Source: Eledone cirrhosa (lineage: Eukaryota). Taken from it: DNA of 64,000 nt. Shown here piece by piece: positions 49,101 to 61,100 of the stretch. The notes beneath the pieces are model-generated. The model saw only the letters and a list, made by a program, of their open reading frames with translations. It did not search any database and was not told the DNA's origin. The translations under genes and the position numbers were made by a program. Where the stretch lies: contig OZ024748.1 of NCBI GenBank assembly GCA_964016885.1, positions 31,062,001 through 31,126,000 of the forward strand, in the 5' to 3' direction. Position 1 is the stretch's first letter. Each line of letters begins with the position of its first letter.

Positions 49101-52100
49101 ACATTAGGTGGAGTGAATCAGTGGTGGTGGACATTAGGTGGAGTGAATCAGTGGTGGTGTGGTGGACATTAGGTGGAGTGAATCTGTAGTGGTGGACATT
49201 AGGTAGAGCGAATCAGTGGTGGTGTGTTGGACATTAGGTGGTGTGAATCAGTGGTGGTGCAGTGGACATTGGGTGGTGTGAATCGGTAGTGGTGGACATT
49301 AGGTGGAGAGAATCAACGGCGGTAGATATTAGGTAGAGTGAATTAGGTATGTTGTGGTGGACATTAGGTGGAGTGAATCAGTGGTAGTGTGGTGGACACT
49401 AGGTAGAGTGAATACTTGGTGGTGGACATTTGATGGAGTGAATCAGTGGTGGTGGACATTAGGTGGAGTGAATCAGTGGTGGTGGATATTAGGTAGATTG
49501 AATCAGTGGTGGTGGACATAAGGTAGACTGAATCAGTGGTGCTGGACATTAGGTAGACTGAATCAGTGGTGGTGTGTTGGACATTAGGTGGAGTGAATCA
49601 GTGGTGGTGGACATTAGGTGGAGTGAATCAGTGGTGATGTGGTGGACATTAGGTGGAGTGAATCTGTGTTGGTGGACATTAGGTAGAGTGAATCAGTGGT
49701 GGTGTGTTGGACATTAGGTGGAGTGAATCAGTGGTGTTGGACATTAGGTGGAGTGAATCAGTGGTGGTGTGGTGGATATTAGGTGGAGTGAATCAGTGCT
49801 GGTGGACATTAGGTAGAGTGAATCATTGGTGGTGTGTTAGACATTAGGTGGAGTGAATCAGTGGTGTTGGACATTAGGTGGAGTGAATCAGTGGTGGTGT
49901 GGTGGATATTAGGTGGAGTGAATCAGTGCTGGTGGACATTAGGTAGAGTGAATCAGTGGTGGTGTGTTGGACATTAGGTGGAGTGAATCAGTGGTGTTGG
50001 ACATTAGGTGGAGTGAATCAGTGGTGGTGGACATTAGGTAGAGTGAATCAGTGGTGGTGTGTTGGACATTAGGTGGAGTGAATCAGTGGTGTTGGACATT
50101 AGGTGGAGTGAATCAGTGGTGGAGTGGTGGACATTAGGTGGAGTGAATCAGTGGTGGTGGACATTAGGTGGAGTGAATCAGTGGTGGTGTTGTGGACATT
50201 AGGTTGAGTGAATCGGTAGTGGTGTGGTGGACATTAGGTGGAGTGAATCAGTGGTGGTGCGCTGGATATTAGGTACGGTGAATCAGTGGTTGGAGCCATT
50301 AGGTAGAGTGAATCAGTGCTGGTTGACATTAGGTGGCGTGAATCAGTGGTGGTGGACATTAGGTGGAGTGAATCAGTGGTGGTGGATATTAGGTTGAGTG
50401 AATCATTGGTGGTGGACATTAGGTGGTGTGAATCAGTGGTGGTGTGGCGGACATTAGGTGGAGAGAATCCTTGGTGGTGGGTATTTGATGGAGTGTATCA
50501 GTGGTGGTGGACATTAGGTAGAGTGAATCAGTGGTGGTGGACATTAGGTGGAGTGTATCGGTGGTGGTATGGTGGACATTAGGTGGCGTAAATCGGTGGT
50601 GGTGGACATTAGATGGAGTGAACCAGTGGTGGTGTTTTCGACATTATGTGGAGTGAATCAGTAGCGGTGTGGGGGACATGAGGTGGAGTGAATCTATGGT
50701 GGTGTGGTGGGACATTAGGTAGGGTGAATCGGTGGTGGGGGACATTAGTTAGTGTTTATCAGTGGCAGTGTGGTGGACATAAGGTGGAATAAATCAGTGG
50801 TGGTGGACATTAGGAGGAGTGAATCAGTGGTGGTGTACATTAGGAGGAGTGAATCAGTGGTGGTGTGTTGGACATTAGGTGGACTGAATCAGTGGTGGTG
50901 TACATTAGGAGGAGTGAATCAGTGGTGGTGGACATTAAGTGGAATGAATCAGTTGTGGTGTGGTGGACATCAGGTGGAGTGAATCAGTGGTGGTGTGGTT
51001 GACATTAGGTGGAGTGAATCAGTGGTGGTGTGTGGGATATTAGGCAGAGTGAATCATTGGTCGTTGACATTAGGTGGAGTGAATCAGTGGTGGTGTGTGG
51101 GATATTAGGCAGAGTGAATCATTGGTCGTTGACATTAGGTGGACTGAATCAGTGGTGGTGTACATTAGGAGGAGTGAATCAGTGGTGGTGGACATTAAGT
51201 GGAATGAATCAGTTGTGGTGTGGTGGACATCAGGTGGAGTGAATCAGTGGTGGTGTGGTTGACATTAGGTGGAGTGAATCAGTGGTGGTGTGTGGGATAT
51301 TAGGCAGAGTGAATCATTGGTCGTTGACATTAGGTGGAGTGAATCAGTGGTGTTGGACATTAGGTGGAGTGAATCAGTGGTGGTGGACATTAAGTGGAGT
51401 GAATCAGTGGTGGTGTGGTGGACAGTAGGTAGAGTTAATCATTGGTGCTGGACGTTAGGTAGAGTGAATCAGTGGTGGTCGACATTAGGTGGAGTGAATC
51501 AGTGGTGGTGTGGTGGACATTAGGTGGAATAAATCAGTGGTGGTGGACATTAGGAGGAGTGAATCAGTGGTGGTGTACATTAGGAGGAGTGAATCAGTGG
51601 TGGTGGACATTAGGTAGAGTGAATCAGTGGTGGTGTGTTGGACATTAGGTGGACTGAATCAGTGGTGGTGGATATTAGGTGGAGTGAATCAGTGGTGGTG
51701 TGGCGGACATTAGGTGGAGAGAATCCTTGGTGGTGGGTATTTGATGGAGTGTATCAGTGGTGGTGGATATTAGGTGGAGTGTATCGGTAGTGGTGTGGTG
51801 GACATTAGGTGGAGTGAATCTATGGTGGTGTGTTGGACATTAAGTAGGGTGAATCGGTGTTGGGGGACATTAGCTAGTGTTTATCAGTGGTGGTGTGGTG
51901 GACATTCGGTGGAGAGAATCAGTGGTGCTGGACATTAGGTGGAATGCACCAGTGGTGGTGGACATTATGTAGAGTGAATCAGTGGCAGTGTGATGGACAT
52001 TAGGTTGAGTGAATCATTGGTGGTGGACATTAGGTGGAGTGAATCAGTGGTGGTGTGGTGGACATCAGGTGGAGTGAATCAGTGGTGGTGTGCTGGACAT

Positions 52101-55100
52101 TAGGTAGAGTGACTCGGTAGTGGGGTGGTGGACATTAGGTGGAGTGAATCAGTAGTGGTGGTTATTAGCTGGAGTGAATCAATGGTGGTGGACATTAGGT
52201 GGAGTGAATCAGTGGTGGTGTGGTGGACATTAGGTGGAGTGAATCTGTGTTGGTGGACATTAGGTAGAGTGAATCAGTGGTGGTGTGTTGGACATTAGGT
52301 GGAGTGAATCAGTGGTGTTGGACATTAGGTGGAGTGAATCAGTGGTGGTGTGGTGGATATTAGGTGGAGTGAATCAGTGCTGGTGGACATTAGGTAGAGT
52401 GAATCATTGGTGGTGTGTTAGACATTAGGTGGAGTGAATCAGTGGTGTTGGACATTAGGTGGAGTGAATCAGTGGTGGTGTGGTGGATATTAGGTGGAGT
52501 GAATCAGTGCTGGTGGACATTAGGTAGAGTGAATCAGTGGTGGTGTGTTGGACATTAGGTGGAGTGAATCAGTGGTGTTGGACATTAGGTGGAGTGAATC
52601 AGTGGTGGTGGACATTAGGTAGAGTGAATCAGTGGTGGTGTGTTGGACATTAGGTGGAGTGAATCAGTGGTGTTGGACATTAGGTGGAGTGAATCAGTGG
52701 TGGAGTGGTGGACATTAGGTGGAGTGAATCAGTGGTGGTGGACATTAGGTGGAGTGAATCAGTGGTGGTGTTGTGGACATTAGGTTGAGTGAATCGGTAG
52801 TGGTGTGGTGGACATTAGGTGGAGTGAATCAGTGGTGGTGCGCTGGATATTAGGTACGGTGAATCAGTGGTTGGAGCCATTAGGTAGAGTGAATCAGTGC
52901 TGGTTGACATTAGGTGGCGTGAATCAGTGGTGGTGGACATTAGGTGGAGTGAATCAGTGGTGGTGGATATTAGGTGGAGTGAATCAGTGGTGGTGGATAT
53001 TAGGTTGAGTGAATCAGTGGTGGTGGACATTAGGTGGAGCGAATCAGTGGTTGTGGACATTAGGTGGAGTGAATCAGTGGTGGTGGATATTAGGTGGAGT
53101 GAATCAGTGGTGGTGTGGCGGACATTAGGTGGAGAGAATCCTTGGTGGTGGGTATTTGATGGAGTGTATCAGTGGTGGTGGACATTAGGTGGAGTGTATC
53201 GGTAGTGGTGTGGTGGACATTAGGTGGAGTGAATCTATGGTGGTGTGTTGGACATTAAGTAGGGTGAATCGGTGTTGGGGGACATTAGCTAGTGTTTATC
53301 AGTGGTGGTGTGGTGGACATTCGGTGGAGAGAATCAGTGGTGCTGGACATTAGGTGGAATGCACCAGTGGTGGTGGACATTATGTAGCGTGAATCAGTGG
53401 CAGTGTGATGGACATTAGGTTGAGTGAATCATTGGTGGTGGACATTAGGTGGAGTGAATCAGTGGTGGTGTGGTGGACATCAGGTGGAGTGAATCAGTGG
53501 TGGTGTGCTGGACATTAGGTAGAGTGCCTCGGTAGTGGGGTGGTGGACATTAGGTGGAGTGAATCAGTAGTGGTGGTTATTAGCTGGAGTGAATCAATGG
53601 TGGTGGACATTAGGTGGAGTGAATCAGTGGTGGTGTGGTGGACATTAGGTGGAGTGAATCTGTGTTGGTGGACATTAGGTAGAGTGAATCAGTGGTGGTG
53701 TGTTGGACATTAGGTGGAGTGAATCAGTGGTGTTGGACATTAGGTGGAGTGAATCAGTGGTGGTGTGGTGGATATTAGGTGGAGTGAATCAGTGCTGGTG
53801 GACATTAGGTAGAGTGAATCATTGGTGGTGTGTTAGACATTAGGTGGAGTGAATCAGTGGTGTTGGACATTAGGTGGAGTGAATCAGTGGTGGTGTGGTG
53901 GATATTAGGTGGAGTGAATCAGTGCTGGTGGACATTAGGTAGAGTGAATCAGTGGTGGTGTGTTGGACATTAGGTGGAGTGAATCAGTGGTGTTGGACAT
54001 TAGGTGGAGTGAATCAGTGGTGGTGGACATTAGGTAGAGTGAATCAGTGGTGGTGTGTTGGACATTAGGTGGAGTGAATCAGTGGTGTTGGACATTAGGT
54101 GGAGTGAATCAGTGGTGGAGTGGTGGACATTAGGTGGAGTGAATCAGTGGTGGTGGACATTAGGTGGAGTGAATCAGTGGTGGTGTTGTGGACATTAGGT
54201 TGAGTGAATCGGTAGTGGTGTGGTGGACATTAGGTGGAGTGAATCAGTGGTGGTGCGCTGGATATTAGGTACGGTGAATCAGTGGTTGGAGCCATTAGGT
54301 AGAGTGAATCAGTGCTGGTTGACATTAGGTGGCGTGAATCAGTGGTGGTGGACATTAGGTGGAGTGAATCAGTGGTGGTGGATATTAGGTGGAGTGAATC
54401 AGTGGTGGTGGATATTAGGTTGAGTGAATCAGTGGTGGTGGATATTAGGTTGAGTGAATCATTGGTGGTGGACATTAGGTGGTGTGAATCAGTGGCGGTG
54501 TGGCGGACATTAGGTGGAGAGAATCCTTGGTGGTGGGTATTTGATGGAGTGTATCAGTGGTGGTGGACATTAGGTAGAGTGAATCAGTGGTGGTGGACAT
54601 TAGGTGGAGTGTATCGGTGGTGGTGTGCTGGACATTAGGTAGAGTGACTCGGTAGTGGGGTGGTGGACATTAGGTGGAGTGAATCAGTAGTGGTGGTTAT
54701 TAGCTGGAGTGAATCAGCGGTGGTGGACATTAGGTAGAGTGAATCTGTGGTGGTGGATATTAGGTAGAGTGAATCAGTGGTGGTGTGTTGGATATTAGGT
54801 GGAATGAATCAGCGATGGTGTGGTGGACATTAGGTGGCGTGAATCAGTGGTGGTGTGGTGGACATTAGGTGGAGTGAATCGGTAGTGGTGTGGTGGACAT
54901 TAGGTGGAGTGAATCAGTGGTGGTGCGCTGGATATTAGGTACGGTGAATCAGTGGTTGGAGCCATTAGGTAGAGTGAATCAGTGCTGGTTGACATTAGGT
55001 GGCGTGAATCAGTGGTGGTGGACATTAGGTGGAGTGAATCAGTGGTGGTGGATATTAGGTGGAGTGAATCAGTGGTGGTGGATATTAGGTTGAGTGAATC

Positions 55101-58100
55101 AGTGGTGGTGGACATTAGGTGGAGCGAATCAGTGGTGGTGGACATTAGGTGGAGTGAATCAGTGGTGGTGGATATTAGGTGGAGTGAATCAGTGGTGGTG
55201 TGGCGGACATTAGGTGGAGAGAATCCTTGGTGGTGGGTATTTGATGGAGTGTATCAGTGGTGGTGGACATTAGGTGGAGTGTATCGGTAGTGGTGTGGTG
55301 GACATTAGGTGGAGTGAATCTATGGTGGTGTGTTGGACATTAAGTAGGGTGAATCGGTGTTGGGGGACATTAGCTAGTGTTTATCAGTGGTGGTGTGGTG
55401 GACATTCGGTGGAGAGAATCAGTGGTGCTGGACATTAGGTGGAATGCACCAGTGGTGGTGGACATTATGTAGAGTGAATCAGTGGCAGTGTGATGGACAT
55501 TAGGTTGAGTGAATCATTGGTGGTGGACATTAGGTGGAGTGAATCAGTGGTGGTGTGGTGGACATCAGGTGGAGTGAATCAGTGGTGGTGTGCTGGACAT
55601 TAGGTAGAGTGACTCGGTAGTGGGGTGGTGGACATTAGGTGGAGTGAATCAGTAGTGGTGGTTATTAGCTGGAGTGAATCAATGGTGGTGGACATTAGGT
55701 GGAGTGAATCAGTGGTGGTGTGGTGGACATTAGGTGGAGTGAATCTGTGTTGGTGGACATTAGGTAGAGTGAATCAGTGGTGGTGTGTTGGACATTAGGT
55801 GGAGTGAATCAGTGGTGTTGGACATTAGGTGGAGTGAATCAGTGGTGGTGTGGTGGATATTAGGTGGAGTGAATCAGTGCTGGTGGACATTAGGTAGAGT
55901 GAATCATTGGTGGTGTGTTAGACATTAGGTGGAGTGAATCAGTGGTGTTGGACATTAGGTGGAGTGAATCAGTGGTGGTGTGGTGGATATTAGGTGGAGT
56001 GAATCAGTGCTGGTGGACATTAGGTAGAGTGAATCAGTGGTGGTGTGTTGGACATTAGGTGGAGTGAATCAGTGGTGTTGGACATTAGGTGGAGTGAATC
56101 AGTGGTGGTGGACATTAGGTAGAGTGAATCAGTGGTGGTGTGTTGGACATTAGGTGGAGTGAATCAGTGGTGTTGGACATTAGGTGGAGTGAATCAGTGG
56201 TGGAGTGGTGGACATTAGGTGGAGTGAATCAGTGGTGGTGGACATTAGGTGGAGTGAATCAGTGGTGGTGTTGTGGACATTAGGTTGAGTGAATCGGTAG
56301 TGGTGTGGTGGACATTAGGTGGAGTGAATCAGTGGTGGTGCGCTGGATATTAGGTACGGTGAATCAGTGGTTGGAGCCATTAGGTAGAGTGAATCAGTGC
56401 TGGTTGACATTAGGTGGCGTGAATCAGTGGTGGTGGACATTAGGTGGAGTGAATCAGTGGTGGTGGATATTAGGTGGAGTGAATCAGTGGTGGTGGATAT
56501 TAGGTTGAGTGAATCAGTGGTGGTGGATATTAGGTTGAGTGAATCATTGGTGGTGGACATTAGGTGGTGTGAATCAGTGGCGGTGTGGCGGACATTAGGT
56601 GGAGAGAATCCTTGGTGGTGGGTATTTGATGGAGTGTATCAGTGGTGGTGGACATTAGGTAGAGTGAATCAGTGGTGGTGGACATTAGGTGGAGTGTATC
56701 GGTGGTGGTGTGCTGGACATTAGGTAGAGTGACTCGGTAGTGGGGTGGTGGACATTAGGTGGAGTGAATCAGTAGTGGTGGTTATTAGCTGGAGTGAATC
56801 AGCGGTGGTGGACATTAGGTAGAGTGAATCTGTGGTGGTGGATATTAGGTAGAGTGAATCAGTGGTGGTGTGTTGGATATTAGGTGGAATGAATCAGCGA
56901 TGGTGTGGTGGACATTAGGTGGCGTGAATCAGTGGTGGTGTGGTGGACATTAGGTGGAGTGAATCAGTGGTGGTGGACATTAAGTGGAATGAATCAGTGG
57001 TGGTGGACATTAAGTGGAATGAATCAGTGGTGGTGTGGTGGACAGTAGGTAGAGTTAATCATTGGTGGTGGACGTTAGATAGAGTGAATCAGTGGTGGTG
57101 TGTTGGACATTAGGTGGAGTGAATCAGTGGTGGTGGACATTAGGTGGAATGAATCAGTGGTGGTGTGGTGGACATTAGGTGGAGTGAATCTGTGTTGGTG
57201 GACATTAGGTAGAGTGAATCAGTGGTGGTGTGTTGGACATTAGGTGGAGTGAATCAGTGGTGTTGGACATTAGGTGGAGTGAATCAGTGGTGGTGTGGTG
57301 GATATTAGGTGGAGTGAATCAGTGCTGGTGGACATTAGGTAGAGTGAATTAGTGGTGGTGTGTTGGACATTAGGTGGAGTGAATCAGTGGTGTTGGACAT
57401 TAGGTGGAGTGAATCAGTGGTGGTGTGGTGGATATTAGGTGGAGTGAATCAGTGCTGGTGGACATTAGGTAGAGTGAATCAGTGGTGGTGTGTTGGACAT
57501 TAGGTGGAGTGAATCAGTGGTGTTGGACATTAGGTGGAGTGAATCAGTGGTGGTGGACATTAGGTAGAGTGAATCAGTGGTGGTGTGTTGGACATTAGGT
57601 GGAGTGAATCAGTGGTGTTGGACATTAGGTGGAGTGAATCAGTGGTGGAGTGGTGGACATTAGGTGGAGTGAATCAGTGGTGGTGGACATTAGGTGGAGT
57701 GAATCAGTGGTGGTGTTGTGGACATTAGGTTGAGTGAATCGGTAGTGGTGTGGTGGACATTAGGTGGAGTGAATCAGTGGTGGTGCGCTGGATATTAGGT
57801 ACGGTGAATCAGTGGTTGGAGCCATTAGGTAGAGTGAATCAGTGCTGGTTGACATTAGGTGGCGTGAATCAGTGGTGGTGGACATTAGGTGGAGTGAATC
57901 AGTGGTGGTGGATATTAGGTGGAGTGAATCAGTGGTGGTGGACATTAGGTGGAGTGAATCATTGGTGGTGGATATTAGGTGAAGTGAATCAGTGGTGGTG
58001 TTGTGGGCATTAGGTTGAGTGAATCATTGGTGGTGGACATTAGGTGGTGTGAATCAGTGGTGGTGTGGCGGACATTAGGTGGAGAGAATCCTTGGTGGTG

Positions 58101-61100
58101 GGTATTTGAAGGAGTGTATCAGTGGTGGTGGACATTAGGTGGAGTGTATCGGTGGTGGTATGGTGGACATTAGGTGGCGTAAATCGGTGGTGGTGGACAT
58201 TAGATGGAGTGAACCAGTGGTGGTGTTTTCGACATTAGGTGGAGTGAATCAGTAGCGGTGTGGTGGACATGAGGTGGAGTGAATCTATGGTGGTGTGGTG
58301 GGACATTAGGTAGGGTGAATCGGTGGTGGGGGACATTAATTAGTGTTTATCAGTGGTGGTGTGGTGGAGATTCGGTGGGGTGAATCAGTGGTGCTGGACA
58401 TTAGGTGGAATGAATCAGTGGTGGTGGACATTAGTTAGAGTGAATCAGTGGCAGTGTGGTGGACATAAGGTGGAATAAATCAGTGGTGGTGGACATTAGG
58501 AGGAGTGAATCAGTGGTGGTGTGTTGGACATTAGGTGGACTGAATCAGTGGTGGTGTACATTAGGAGGAGTGAATCAGTGGTGGTGGACATTAAGTGGAA
58601 TGAATCAGTTGTGGTGTGGTGGACATCGGGTGGAGTGAATCAGTGGTGGTGTGGTTGACATTAGGTGGAGTGAATCAGTGGTGGAGTGGTGGACATTAGG
58701 TGGAGTGAATCAGTGGTGGTGGACATTAGGTGGAGTGAATCAGTGGTGGTGTTGTGGACATTAGGTTGAGTGAATCGGTAGTGGTGTGGTGGACATTAGG
58801 TGGAGTGAATCAGTGGTGGTGCGCTGGATATTAGGTACGGTGAATCAGTGGTTGGAGCCATTAGGTAGAGTGAATCAGTGCTGGTTGACATTAGGTGGCG
58901 TGAATCAGTGGTGGTGGACATTAGGTGGAGTGAATCAGTGGTGGTGGATATTAGGTGGAGTGAATCAGTGGTGGTGGATATTAGGTTGAGTGAATCAGTG
59001 GTGGTGGACATTAGGTGGAGCGAATCAGTGGTTGTGGACATTAGGTGGAGTGAATCAGTGGTGGTGGATATTAGGTGGAGTGAATCAGTGGTGGTGTGGC
59101 GGACATTAGGTGGAGAGAATCCTTGGTGGTGGGTATTTGATGGAGTGTATCAGTGGTGGTGGACATTAGGTGGAGTGTATCGGTAGTGGTGTGGTGGACA
59201 TTAGGTGGAGTGAATCTATGGTGGTGTGTTGGACATTAAGTAGGGTGAATCGGTGTTGGGGGACATTAGCTAGTGTTTATCAGTGGTGGTGTGGTGGACA
59301 TTCGGTGGAGAGAATCAGTGGTGCTGGACATTAGGTGGAATGCACCAGTGGTGGTGGACATTATGTAGAGTGAATCAGTGGCAGTGTGATGGACATTAGG
59401 TTGAGTGAATCATTGGTGGTGGACATTAGGTGGAGTGAATCAGTGGTGGTGTGGTGGACATCAGGTGGAGTGAATCAGTGGTGGTGTGCTGGACATTAGG
59501 TAGAGTGACTCGGTAGTGGGGTGGTGGACATTAGGTGGAGTGAATCAGTAGTGGTGGTTATTAGCTGGAGTGAATCAATGGTGGTGGACATTAGGTGGAG
59601 TGAATCAGTGGTGGTGTGGTGGACATTAGGTGGAGTGAATCTGTGTTGGTGGACATTAGGTAGAGTGAATCAGTGGTGGTGTGTTGGACATTAGGTGGAG
59701 TGAATCAGTGGTGTTGGACATTAGGTGGAGTGAATCAGTGGTGGTGTGGTGGATATTAGGTGGAGTGAATCAGTGCTGGTGGACATTAGGTAGAGTGAAT
59801 CATTGGTGGTGTGTTAGACATTAGGTGGAGTGAATCAGTGGTGTTGGACATTAGGTGGAGTGAATCAGTGGTGGTGTGGTGGATATTAGGTGGAGTGAAT
59901 CAGTGCTGGTGGACATTAGGTAGAGTGAATCAGTGGTGGTGTGTTGGACATTAGGTGGAGTGAATCAGTGGTGTTGGACATTAGGTGGAGTGAATCAGTG
60001 GTGGTGGACATTAGGTAGAGTGAATCAGTGGTGGTGTGTTGGACATTAGGTGGAGTGAATCAGTGGTGTTGGACATTAGGTGGAGTGAATCAGTGGTGGA
60101 GTGGTGGACATTAGGTGGAGTGAATCAGTGGTGGTGGACATTAGGTGGAGTGAATCAGTGGTGGTGTTGTGGACATTAGGTTGAGTGAATCGGTAGTGGT
60201 GTGGTGGACATTAGGTGGAGTGAATCAGTGGTGGTGCGCTGGATATTAGGTACGGTGAATCAGTGGTTGGAGCCATTAGGTAGAGTGAATCAGTGCTGGT
60301 TGACATTAGGTGGCGTGAATCAGTGGTGGTGGACATTAGGTGGAGTGAATCAGTGGTGGTGGATATTAGGTGGAGTGAATCAGTGGTGGTGGATATTAGG
60401 TTGAGTGAATCAGTGGTGGTGGATATTAGGTTGAGTGAATCATTGGTGGTGGACATTAGGTGGTGTGAATCAGTGGCGGTGTGGCGGACATTAGGTGGAG
60501 AGAATCCTTGGTGGTGGGTATTTGATGGAGTGTATCAGTGGTGGTGGACATTAGGTAGAGTGAATCAGTGGTGGTGGACATTAGGTGGAGTGTATCGGTG
60601 GTGGTGTGCTGGACATTAGGTAGAGTGACTCGGTAGTGGGGTGGTGGACATTAGGTGGAGTGAATCAGTAGTGGTGGTTATTAGCTGGAGTGAATCAGCG
60701 GTGGTGGACATTAGGTAGAGTGAATCTGTGGTGGTGGATATTAGGTAGAGTGAATCAGTGGTGGTGTGTTGGATATTAGGTGGAATGAATCAGCGATGGT
60801 GTGGTGGACATTAGGTGGCGTGAATCAGTGGTGGTGTGGTGGACATTAGGTGGAGTGAATCGGTAGTGGTGTGGTGGACATTAGGTGGAGTGAATCAGTG
60901 GTGGTGCGCTGGATATTAGGTACGGTGAATCAGTGGTTGGAGCCATTAGGTAGAGTGAATCAGTGCTGGTTGACATTAGGTGGCGTGAATCAGTGGTGGT
61001 GGACATTAGGTGGAGTGAATCAGTGGTGGTGGATATTAGGTGGAGTGAATCAGTGGTGGTGGATATTAGGTTGAGTGAATCAGTGGTGGTGGACATTAGG